DNA of 15,562 nucleotides from Clostridia bacterium (GTDB lineage: Bacteria; Bacillota; Clostridia; Christensenellales; Aristaeellaceae): the NCBI GenBank assembly GCA_045617125.1, contig JAZLIA010000047.1, positions 1-15,562 on the forward strand, read 5' to 3'. Of the stretch, positions 6,667 through 14,063 are shown one piece after another. The first letter of the stretch is position 1; every line of letters begins with the position of its first letter. A program made the position numbers and the translations under genes. The notes under the pieces were generated by a model. The model did no database searches. It was not told where the DNA came from and saw only the letters and a program-made list of their open reading frames with translations.

Positions 6667-7506
6667 TCACTTGAAAATCAGCTTTTCTTTTTCTGCCAGT
6701 GAGCGGAGATAGCGGGTGGAATACACATAATCCTCATGCGTGCTGAGATGCTCGGTGAACAGGGGAATATCCTCTCCCAGCTGATCCGCCAGATGCAATA
6801 CCAGTGAAAGCGGCAGGCTGCCCTTGCTCACCGGCACCTCGCTTACCGCAAAGGGAAGCACGGAATCGGATATCAGGCAATCCTTGATGTGGATGCTCAC
6901 GATACTTTTGCCCAGCTTTTCAAAGCAGTCCCGTATCAGGATATCCGGGTGAAGATAGCGTTCCAGGGAGTTTACCATGTTGCAGAAATCCAGATGTACC
7001 CGGAAGGCTTCCCGATCGACCTCCCTGATCAGGGCCAGGTAATCCTCCGGGCTGTCCGGCGTCATCCAGGGCATGGGTTCCAGAGAATAGGAGGTGTGGG
7101 TGGGCTTCACCGCATCCAGGATCTGTTGAGTGAGGTGAACGACCCGTTCCCGGGTTCTTTGAGAATAATTATCGGGATGGAAGCCGTCCCACACCTTCCC
7201 GCAGGAGCCGCTGATGTTTACGCAGCAGTTGGCTCCCACTTTTTCAGCCAGCTCCAGCTGACGTATCGAATACTGCAAATATTCTTCCTGCTTAGAAATA
7301 TCCTCGTCCAGAAGGTTTTTCCAGATGCCCACTTCGCCGATCAGGATGTTTTCATCCTGAAGACGTGCTGTAAGCTCCTTTATCAGGGCTTCAGGCGCGC
7401 TGCTGTCCACCGGGAACACCACTGCGCTGTATCCCATTTCCTTCACAAGCTGCATATATTCCCCGGCTGTTTTCCAGGGCTTCATGATGGCACCGCCGAT
7501 ACGCAT
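6667..7506 (-). CDS. Sugar-phosphate isomerase/epimerase (xylose-isomerase-like TIM barrel)
   Basis: 279 aa with the typical family pattern (LELAEKVGANCCVN..., SLEPMP, VHLDFCNM, IHIKD). A strong SD (GGGGAGG) lies 8 nt before ATG 7506. Confidence 0.78.
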   Translation of the reverse strand: MRIGGAIMKPWKTAGEYMQLVKEMGYSAVVFPVDSSAPEALIKELTARLQDENILIGEVGIWKNLLDEDISKQEEYLQYSIRQLELAEKVGANCCVNISGSCGKVWDGFHPDNYSQRTRERVVHLTQQILDAVKPTHTSYSLEPMPWMTPDSPEDYLALIREVDREAFRVHLDFCNMVNSLERYLHPDILIRDCFEKLGKSIVSIHIKDCLISDSVLPFAVSEVPVSKGSLPLSLVLHLADQLGEDIPLFTEHLSTHEDYVYSTRYLRSLAEKEKLIFK

Positions 7507-7542
7507 TTTCTGTACCTCCCCAAATCGATCTCTTTGTGTGTA

Positions 7543-7571
7543 AATGTATCACAAGGGGCATCATTCGTCAA
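7543..7571 (-). promoter_or_regulatory. Candidate promoter for the isomerase / FMN-dehydrogenase / queH operon
   Basis: Minus strand: TTGACG (7571-7566), 17 nt, TGA-TACATT (-10 at 7548-7543). Confidence 0.35.
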
Positions 7572-7720
7572 TCGGCTGCGGGAAGGATGAACGGTAAATA
7601 CAGTCAGGATAATCGTATAAATTGGTTTTTCCGGGCAGGCAGCGGGGGAAAGTCTTTCTGCGACTTTCAGAAAAATCAGAGAGCGGATTTGGAAATACAA
7701 TAAAAAAACCAATTTACCTA

Positions 7721-7748
7721 TTGCAATTCTTTCAAAACAGTGTATAAT
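7721..7748 (+). promoter_or_regulatory. Candidate promoter for the amino-acid ABC transporter operon
   Basis: TTGCAA (7721-7726), 16 nt, TATAAT (7743-7748). The -10 box lies inside the perfect 14-bp palindrome TGTATAATTATACA (7741-7754). Confidence 0.45.
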
Positions 7749-7782
7749 TATACATGTAATCACACGAAAGGAGGTCATTCTA

Positions 7783-7842
7783 ATGCATAATTATTGCATT
7801 TGCGTATTCTCTGATCGACGATGGCGGTGTGCTTTCCGATGA
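7783..7842 (+). CDS. Candidate 19-aa leader ORF (MHNYCICVFSDRRWRCAFR)
   Basis: GAAAGGAGG lies 8 nt upstream of ATG 7783, and TGA is at 7840-7842. It lies between the promoter and the SBP gene. The start codon sits inside an inverted repeat, so it may be an operator rather than a coding feature. Confidence 0.2.
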   Translation: MHNYCICVFSDRRWRCAFR

Positions 7843-7896
7843 TCCCGGTTTATAATGACTGACCTTATTGATCAAAAAATGATGGAGGAAAATAAA

Positions 7897-8715
7897 ATGA
7901 AAAAGCTGCTTGTTGTTATGATCGCGATGGTGATGGTACTCGGTATGGTCTCCTTTGCTCAGGCGGATACGCTCAGTGATATTCAGGCAAAGGGCACCCT
8001 GGTGGTGGGCGCCAATGTTCTGTTCCCTCCCTATGAATTCTATTGGACCAATCCTGAAACGGGCGAAGAAGAATATGCCGGTTTCGATATGGCGCTGGCC
8101 AAGGGTGTTGCCGAGCAGATCGGTGTGGAACTGGTCATTGCCGATCAGGATTTTGCCGGGCTTGTGACCGCCCTTTCGGTGGGTGAGCTGGATATGGTCA
8201 TCAGCGGCATCGCCATCCGGGATGACCGGAAGGAAGTGGTGGATTTCTCCGATCCGTACTATAACGGAACACAGATCATGCTGGTGCGTGCCGCGGATTA
8301 TGATGTGCTCACCAAGGTGGAGGATCTGAACGGCAAGGGTGTGGGCGCCCAGACCGGCAGTCTTCAGGCGGGCATTTTGGAAGAACAGTTTTCCAATGCC
8401 AATGGTGTGACCATGGATAAGATCCCGCTGATGATCCTGGACCTGATGAACGGCGAATTGGACGGCTTGCTCCTTACCGATACAGTGGCGAAGCAGTACA
8501 TGGCTGTATATCCCGGCATGTTCGTGATCAGTCAGGTGCCCGTTGTGTATGATAATACCGCCGGTGTCGGCATCGCGGTGCAAAAGGGCGACAACGAAAG
8601 CCTGCTGAAGCTGCTCAACGATTATATCGCTGCCATCAAGGCCGATGGCACCTTCGACGCCTGGGAGCAGGAAGCGATGGACAAGAGCGCCGGTCTGGTG
8701 GAAACCGCTGAATGA
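7897..8715 (+). CDS. Polar amino-acid ABC transporter substrate-binding protein (SBP family 3)
   Basis: GGAGGAAAATAAA-ATG at 7897. Signal peptide MKKLLVVMIAMVMVLGMVSFAQA followed by the family-3 SBP pattern (GTLVVGANVLFPPYEF..., DMVISGIAIRDDRKEVVDFSDPYY). The track start at 7855 is upstream of the SD and is rejected. Confidence 0.9.
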   Translation: MKKLLVVMIAMVMVLGMVSFAQADTLSDIQAKGTLVVGANVLFPPYEFYWTNPETGEEEYAGFDMALAKGVAEQIGVELVIADQDFAGLVTALSVGELDMVISGIAIRDDRKEVVDFSDPYYNGTQIMLVRAADYDVLTKVEDLNGKGVGAQTGSLQAGILEEQFSNANGVTMDKIPLMILDLMNGELDGLLLTDTVAKQYMAVYPGMFVISQVPVVYDNTAGVGIAVQKGDNESLLKLLNDYIAAIKADGTFDAWEQEAMDKSAGLVETAE

Positions 8716-8736
8716 TCCCGCGCCCTTGAGGATATT

Positions 8737-8771
8737 GGAAAGGCCTCTTCCCATGGCGGGGAGGTCTTTCC
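8737..8771 (+). promoter_or_regulatory. Intercistronic hairpin after the SBP gene
   Basis: GGAAAGGCCUC (8737-8747) pairs with GAGGUCUUUCC (8761-8771): 11 bp with one G.U pair and a 13-nt loop. No U-tract follows. This is the kind of stem often found after SBP genes in ABC operons. Confidence 0.4.
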
Positions 8772-8804
8772 CCTGTCATATACCATTTGCAGAAAGGAAA
8801 TCTG

Positions 8805-9500
8805 ATGATTAGTCTGGAGAAAATTTGGGAGATCCTGACGACCAAATTCGGCACCTTCATGATGGGCGCCGGGGTCACGCTGAAGCTCAGCGCCTATACC
8901 GTGCTGATCGGTTTTTTGCTGGGGCTGCTGGTGGCGGTGTTCAGGAATAACAGGATCGCGCCCCTTCGCTGGCTGATGAACGCCTATGTGGCCTTTATCC
9001 GCGGAACGCCATTGCTTGTGCAGGTGCTTTTGATCGTTTATGGCTTGCCTCAGCTGGGACTGAACCGGATCGGCGCGTATAAAATGTCCAAATTCGATAT
9101 GTGTCTGATCGCCCTGGGCATCAACAGCGGCGCATATATGGCGGAGATCATCCGCGCGGGCCTGCAAAGTGTGGATCATGGGCAGGCGGAAGCGGCGGAC
9201 AGCCTGGGCATGAGCGGGTTTCAGAAGCTGCTGTATATCATTTTGCCTCAGGCGATCAAGGTGATCCTGCCGACCATGGGAAATGAATTTGTTGCCATCA
9301 TCAAGGAATCCTCCGTTCTGTACAGTGTGGGCGTGTATGAGCTGACATATCAGGCCAATAAGCTGGCCAGCGTGAATTACCGCTATCTGGAAACCATGCT
9401 GGATGCCGCGCTGATCTATTTTGTTCTTACTTATGTGGCTACCAAGCTTTTGAATCTGTTGGAATGGAGGATGCGGCGCAGTGAGCGAAAAGCAGTGTGA
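8805..9500 (+). CDS. Amino-acid ABC transporter permease (His/Glu/Gln/Arg/opine family)
   Basis: ATG at 8805 (MISLEK...) preceded by AAAGGAAA; the track TTG at 8787 is less likely. Typical motifs: [21 protein letters not shown] and the EAA-like loop [29 protein letters not shown]. Confidence 0.9.
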   Translation: MISLEKIWEILTTKFGTFMMGAGVTLKLSAYTVLIGFLLGLLVAVFRNNRIAPLRWLMNAYVAFIRGTPLLVQVLLIVYGLPQLGLNRIGAYKMSKFDMCLIALGINSGAYMAEIIRAGLQSVDHGQAEAADSLGMSGFQKLLYIILPQAIKVILPTMGNEFVAIIKESSVLYSVGVYELTYQANKLASVNYRYLETMLDAALIYFVLTYVATKLLNLLEWRMRRSERKAV

Positions 9501-10260
9501 TATTTTTGATTCCGGCAGCCAGGAGCAGGTACTCATTCAGGTAAGAGACCTGAAAAAGAGCTTCGGGAAGCTGAACGTGCTCAAGGGCATTAACATGAAT
9601 GTGCATAAAGGGGATGTGCTGGTCATTATCGGTCCCAGCGGAAGCGGAAAAAGTACTTTGCTTCGCAGCCTGAACCTGCTGGACCCGCCCACTGGCGGAA
9701 GCCTCATGTTTGAAGGCAGGGAATTGACGCACACCTCCAAAAAAGAGCTTTGCGCTGCCCGTCGGCATATAGGCATGGTGTTTCAGCAGTTCAATTTGTT
9801 TCCTCATCTGAAGGTGAAGGACAACGTGACCATCTCTCTGAGGAAGGTGCTGCGGTGCGGCAGGGAGGAAGCGGAGCAGAAGGCGAAAAAGCTGCTGGAA
9901 CGCGTGGGACTCGGGGATAAATGGGATGTGTATCCCGACAGCCTCAGCGGCGGGCAGAAGCAGCGCGTGGCCATCATGCGCGCTTTGGCGATGGACCCGG
10001 ATGTGATCCTCTTTGACGTGCCCACCAGTGCACTGGATCCGGAAATGGTGGGAGAGGTGCTGGATGTGATGAAGTCTCTGGCTGCCAGCGGCATGACCAT
10101 GCTGGTAGTCACCCATGAAATGCGCTTTGCCCGGGAGGTCGGAGATTATATCCTCTTTATTGATGACGGGCAGATCATGGAGCATGGCACCCCGGAGGAG
10201 ATATTCGATCATCCTCAGAATCCCCGCACACAGGATTTTCTTTCCAAGGTGCTTCAATAA
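9481..10260 (+). CDS. Amino-acid ABC transporter ATP-binding protein (GlnQ/ArtP-like) with Val replacing the Walker-B catalytic Glu
   Basis: Walker [11 protein letters not shown]-loop MVFQQFNLF, signature [15 protein letters not shown] and H-loop VVTHEM are all present. Walker B reads [12 protein letters not shown] instead of ...FDEPTSALD. GTG at 9481 overlaps the permease stop codon, and GGAGGA lies 9 nt upstream. Confidence 0.92.
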   Translation: MSEKQCDIFDSGSQEQVLIQVRDLKKSFGKLNVLKGINMNVHKGDVLVIIGPSGSGKSTLLRSLNLLDPPTGGSLMFEGRELTHTSKKELCAARRHIGMVFQQFNLFPHLKVKDNVTISLRKVLRCGREEAEQKAKKLLERVGLGDKWDVYPDSLSGGQKQRVAIMRALAMDPDVILFDVPTSALDPEMVGEVLDVMKSLAASGMTMLVVTHEMRFAREVGDYILFIDDGQIMEHGTPEEIFDHPQNPRTQDFLSKVLQ

Positions 10261-10269
10261 ATATGATCA

Positions 10270-10296
10270 GGGGATCCGGGACGGGTCCCCTTCTTT
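10270..10296 (+). terminator. Rho-independent-type terminator after the ABC operon
   Basis: GGGGAUCCG-GGA-CGGGUCCCC (9-bp stem with one G.U pair) followed by UUCUUUG. Confidence 0.55.
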
Positions 10297-10308
10297 GCAG
10301 GAGGCGTT

Positions 10309-11418
10309 ATGATGTTCATCGATCCCTATGAATCCCTGAAAGCGTATGTGAATCAGCCCAGCGGCAGCCTGGACCAGAAGGATGTGACGAAGGTTGCCAT
10401 GATGTTCAAGGAGGATTTTGAAAGCCTGGGCTTTCAAACACAGATATATGAGGGGAAAAAGTATGGCCCGCGCCTTATCTGCACCATTGGTACAGGTGAT
10501 AAAAACCTGATGCTGATGGGGCATATGGACACCGTTTTTCCACATGACCTGTCTGTTCCCTATACTGAAACGGAGGATGGGCGTATCCTTGGAAGCGGTG
10601 TAACAGACATGAAGGGCGGTGTGGTGGTGATGCTTTATGCTCTGCGTGAAGCGCTGCCGCAGATCGACCTTAAGAAATACAGGCTCACCGTGGTGCTCAA
10701 TGCGGATGAAGAGGTCGGTAGCCCGGAAAGTCATGATATGATCCTGGAAAATGCCGGGAAAGCGTTTGCCGCGTTGAGCTTTGAACCCGCAGGCGCAGAC
10801 GGGCGCATGACCTGTGCCCGCAAGGGCGTGACCAGTGTGCTGATCCATTGCAGGGGAAAGGCAGGGCATGCGGGAGCGGAATATACCCATTGTGCCAGCG
10901 CCATACAGGCGCTCTGCGCCCAGATTACCGCATTGTATGCCCTGAGGGATGACGCACGGGAGATCAGCTTCAACGCCGGTCTTATCAGCGGCGGCACCGC
11001 CGAAAATGTGGTGGCCCCGGAAGCCCAATGCAAATGCGAATTCCGTTATTTTGATCAGAGCCTGCAAAAGGGGCTGATGCAGAAGATCAGTGAGATCGTT
11101 TCCCATGAGCCCGTTCCGGGAGTGGTAACGGATATCACCTTCGGTGCAAGCCATCCTGCGGTGGATGTGACCGAAAAGAGCATTGAGCTGTTCAGAATGG
11201 CTCAGAATATCGCCGCCCGGCAGGGCAGAACGCTCTATCATGAAAAGACCGGCGGGGCCGGAGATATCGCCATTGCGGGTCAGGCAGGCATCGGTGTGCT
11301 GGATGGCTTAGGACTGTATGGCGGCGGGGTGCATACCGTTCAGGAATTTGCTCTTCGGGAAAGCCTGCCAAACCAGATTCGTCTGGCAGCGGAAATGCTG
11401 AAACAGGTGTGCTGTTAA
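10309..11418 (+). CDS. M20-family metallopeptidase (carboxypeptidase G2 / glutamate carboxypeptidase-like)
   Basis: 369 aa with LMGHMDTVFP, GSGVTDMKGG and NADEEVGSPESH metal/catalytic motifs. AGGAGG SD lies before ATG 10309. Confidence 0.88.
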   Translation: MMFIDPYESLKAYVNQPSGSLDQKDVTKVAMMFKEDFESLGFQTQIYEGKKYGPRLICTIGTGDKNLMLMGHMDTVFPHDLSVPYTETEDGRILGSGVTDMKGGVVVMLYALREALPQIDLKKYRLTVVLNADEEVGSPESHDMILENAGKAFAALSFEPAGADGRMTCARKGVTSVLIHCRGKAGHAGAEYTHCASAIQALCAQITALYALRDDAREISFNAGLISGGTAENVVAPEAQCKCEFRYFDQSLQKGLMQKISEIVSHEPVPGVVTDITFGASHPAVDVTEKSIELFRMAQNIAARQGRTLYHEKTGGAGDIAIAGQAGIGVLDGLGLYGGGVHTVQEFALRESLPNQIRLAAEMLKQVCC

Positions 11419-11447
11419 GACATAAACCCTAACTCGTATGCCGCGGC

Positions 11448-11476
11448 TTGACAAAAGCAGGTTTTTCCTGTAAGAT
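11448..11476 (+). promoter_or_regulatory. Promoter of the trpS T-box leader
   Basis: TTGACA (11448-11453), 17 nt, TAAGAT (11471-11476). Confidence 0.6.
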
Positions 11477-11482
11477 GGTGCC

Positions 11483-11717
11483 ATAACCTGAGACAGGGAA
11501 GAGTAATCGGCTTCTGCCCTCACAGAGAGCCGCCGGGGATGGAATGGCGGCAGGGCAAGGCCGGTGAATGGGCCCCGGAGGGCACAGGCGAAAAGGTAGC
11601 CTGTGACGGGCAGCGGCCGTTATACCGCCCAAAGGGTCCTTTTCCGCAGGAAGAGGGCTGAAATTGAGTGGCACCGCGAAAACTTCGCCTCAAGCAGTAA
11701 TGCTGAGGTGCTTTTTT
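11483..11717 (+). promoter_or_regulatory. T-box riboswitch leader, Trp-specific (specifier UGG at 11569-11571)
   Basis: The Stem I elements are present: UGAGA (K-turn), AGAGUA (S-turn), the AG bulge CAGAGAG, and the distal helix CCGCC/GGCGG with loop GGGGAUGGAAU. The specifier context is GAA-UGG-G. The Stem II hairpin is CACAGGC...GCCUGUG. The T-box sequence is AAAUUGAGUGGCACCGCG (11661-11678). The terminator is GCCUCAAGCA-GUAA-UGCUGAGG followed by UGCUUUUUU (11687-11717). Confidence 0.85.
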
Positions 11718-11742
11718 ATGCACAGGAAAGAAGGAGATCACC

Positions 11743-12750
11743 ATGAGCGAACAGGTTCAGGAAAAGAAAAAAGTTGTGTTTTCGGGCATTCAGCCTTCCG
11801 GCAATATCACGCTGGGCAACTATATCGGCGCGCTTCGCAATTTTACCCATTTTGAGGATGCTGACTGCCTCTACTGCATGGCCGATCTGCACACCCTCAC
11901 GGTGAGGCAGAACCCGGCGGAGCTGAGGAAGCGCACCGCTTCCCTGGCGGCGATCTATATTGCCTGCGGTCTGGACCCGGAAAAGAACATCATCTACTGT
12001 CAGAGCCATGTTCCGGCTCACGCAGAGCTTGCGTGGATCCTGAACTGCTACACCTACATGGGTGAGCTTCAGCGCATGACTCAGTTCAAGGATAAATCCG
12101 CCAAGCATGCTGACAATATCAACGCGGGTCTTTTCACTTATCCGGTTTTGATGGCCAGCGACATTCTTCTGTATCAAACCGATTATGTTCCTGTTGGGGT
12201 CGATCAGAAGCAGCATGTGGAGATCTGCCGGGATATCGCGCAGCGCTTCAACAGCATTTACGGCGATGTGTTCACCATTCCCGAGCCTGTCATTGCCAAA
12301 GCGGGCGCCAAGGTGATGAGCCTGGCGGAACCTACCAAGAAAATGAGCAAATCCGATCCGGACGACACCTATATCGCCGTTCTGGACAAGCCTGAGGATA
12401 TCCGCCGCAAGCTCAAGCGGGCTGTGACTGACAGCGACGGCGAGATCCGCTATGATCCTGAAAACAAGCCCGGCGTGAGCAACCTGCTCACCATCCTTTC
12501 CGTGCTGGAAGGAAAAACGATGGAGGAGAGCGTAAAGGACCTGCAGGGCCTGGGTTACGGCGCACTGAAGGATGCTGTGACGGAAGCGGTACTGCGTGAG
12601 CTTGCTCCCATCCAGCAGAAATACAATGAGATCATGGCGGATAAGAGCTATCTTCCCGCGATATTGAAGAATAATGCGGAACGGGCCCAGTATCTGGCTT
12701 CGAAAACGCTGCGCAAGGTGTATAAGAAGGTGGGATTGTATCAGCTGTGA
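11743..12750 (+). CDS. trpS: Tryptophan--tRNA ligase
   Basis: 335 aa. Class I motifs are present: the HIGH-region equivalent (GIQPSGNITLGNYIGAL) and KMSKS (KKMSKSDPDD). GGAG SD lies before ATG 11743, and the gene is preceded by a UGG T-box. Confidence 0.95.
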   Translation: MSEQVQEKKKVVFSGIQPSGNITLGNYIGALRNFTHFEDADCLYCMADLHTLTVRQNPAELRKRTASLAAIYIACGLDPEKNIIYCQSHVPAHAELAWILNCYTYMGELQRMTQFKDKSAKHADNINAGLFTYPVLMASDILLYQTDYVPVGVDQKQHVEICRDIAQRFNSIYGDVFTIPEPVIAKAGAKVMSLAEPTKKMSKSDPDDTYIAVLDKPEDIRRKLKRAVTDSDGEIRYDPENKPGVSNLLTILSVLEGKTMEESVKDLQGLGYGALKDAVTEAVLRELAPIQQKYNEIMADKSYLPAILKNNAERAQYLASKTLRKVYKKVGLYQL

Positions 12751-12795
12751 TGCAGCCCTGAATGAAAGAACGGGACAAAGGAACGGAGGTTCGGC

Positions 12796-13674
12796 ATGGA
12801 GTATTCTGTGGAGCGTGAGACCCATCTCTGGCTGCCGGAAGGAGAACCCAAAGCGGTCATCCAGATCATTCACGGCATGGCCGAGCATATCGGACGTTAT
12901 GAGCAGACGGCGAAGGATCTGAATAGGGCAGGCTATGCTGTTGCCGGGATCAATCTGCGCGGTCATGGGCAAAATGCGGAACGGAAGGGTTGGTTTGCCG
13001 ACAAAAATGGCTGGGGAAGGCTGCTGGAGGATCATCGGGAGCTGACGCTCAGCCTGCGGAAACGTTTTCCGGGAAAACCACTTGTGCTGCTCGGGCATTC
13101 CATGGGGTCCTTTCTGGCAAGAGAGTATGCGATCCGCTGGAAGGGCGACATGGATGCGCTGGTGCTTTCCGGCACCGGGCATTATGACAGAAAGCTTTGC
13201 GGAACGGGAAAATTGCTGGCAAGCGTGTCTCCCCGCAAAAGGCCGGCCCATTTGGTAAATAACATTGCCTTTAAGGGCAATAACCGGCCCTTTGTTCCGG
13301 CCCGCACCGGGTTTGAATGGTTATGCCGGGATGAAAAGGAAGTGGATGCCTATGTTGCATCGCCGCTTTGCGGCTTTGTGTTCACCGGCTCGGCTTTCCG
13401 GGACTTTTTCGGCGGCCTTGTCAAGCTGTGCGACACTTCGCGTCTTGAAAATATCCGCAAAGACTTGCCTGTGCTTTTCATTTCCGGCGACCGGGACCCG
13501 GTGGGGCAGATGGGAAAGGGCGTCAGGATCACTGAGGAGGAGTACAGGAATGCGGGGATCCGGAACGTGAAGGTGAACCTGTATCCCGGAGCGCGGCATG
13601 AGCTTTTCCATGAAACCAACCGGGATGAGGCGATCCGGGACCTGACCAGGTGGCTTGACCATTATTTTGCTTGA
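12796..13674 (+). CDS. Alpha/beta hydrolase (lysophospholipase / monoacylglycerol-lipase-like)
   Basis: 292 aa. Motifs: IIHGMAEHIGRY, nucleophile elbow GHSMGS, and C-terminal GDRDPV...ARHELFHE (Asp/His of the triad). GGAGG SD is present. Confidence 0.85.
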   Translation: MEYSVERETHLWLPEGEPKAVIQIIHGMAEHIGRYEQTAKDLNRAGYAVAGINLRGHGQNAERKGWFADKNGWGRLLEDHRELTLSLRKRFPGKPLVLLGHSMGSFLAREYAIRWKGDMDALVLSGTGHYDRKLCGTGKLLASVSPRKRPAHLVNNIAFKGNNRPFVPARTGFEWLCRDEKEVDAYVASPLCGFVFTGSAFRDFFGGLVKLCDTSRLENIRKDLPVLFISGDRDPVGQMGKGVRITEEEYRNAGIRNVKVNLYPGARHELFHETNRDEAIRDLTRWLDHYFA

Positions 13675-13685
13675 GGCTTGATAAT

Positions 13686-14063
13686 ATGATCGTTGGCGTA
13701 GGCATTGATCTGTGCGAGATCGGGCGGATGGAAACGCTGCTTCATGAGGAGCGTTTTCTCGCCCGTTGTTTTGCTCGGGAGGAACAGGAATATATTTTAA
13801 ATCGGGGCCGTATGGCTTCAGCTTCCATGGCTGGCATTTTTGCGGCGAAGGAAGCGCTGGTGAAGGCATTGGGCACCGGCTTTATCGACACGCAGCTCAG
13901 TGATATACGGGTGGAACACGATGCGTACGGCGCTCCTTATTTTGATCTTACCGGCGGCATTGCGGTTCATGTTTCGCAAAGGGGCATCACCTCGCTGCAT
14001 TTATCCATCACCCATGAAGGAAACATGGCTGCGGCTGTTGTGGTCGCGGAAAGGAATATATGA
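13686..14063 (+). CDS. acpS: Holo-[acyl-carrier-protein] synthase
   Basis: MIVGVGIDLCEI..., FAAKEALVKALGTGF, ISITHEGNMAAAVVVAE. ATG at 13686 is preferred; the track start at 13671 is TTG. The stop overlaps the nnr start (ATGA). Confidence 0.92.
   Translation: MIVGVGIDLCEIGRMETLLHEERFLARCFAREEQEYILNRGRMASASMAGIFAAKEALVKALGTGFIDTQLSDIRVEHDAYGAPYFDLTGGIAVHVSQRGITSLHLSITHEGNMAAAVVVAERNI

Noticed and set aside
7648-7668. The inverted repeat GAAAGTC-TTTCTGC-GACTTTC in the divergent intergenic region.
   Set aside because: It has no U-tract on either strand, no second copy, and no positional link to the predicted promoters. Evidence is insufficient to assign a function.
7782-7800. Similarity of AATGCATAATTATTGCATT to an ArgR ARG box (TGAAT-AATTAT-TCA type).
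   Set aside because: The half-site spacing is one nucleotide longer than the 18-bp ARG box, the arms read TGCA rather than TGAAT/ATTCA, and there is no tandem second box 2-3 bp away. It is kept only as a generic operator candidate.
11590-11596. An alternative T-box specifier reading, GAA-AAG-G (Lys).
   Set aside because: This triplet sits in the loop of the Stem II hairpin (CACAGGC/GCCUGUG), not in the Stem I specifier loop. The UGG at 11569-11571 fits the Stem I geometry and the downstream trpS.
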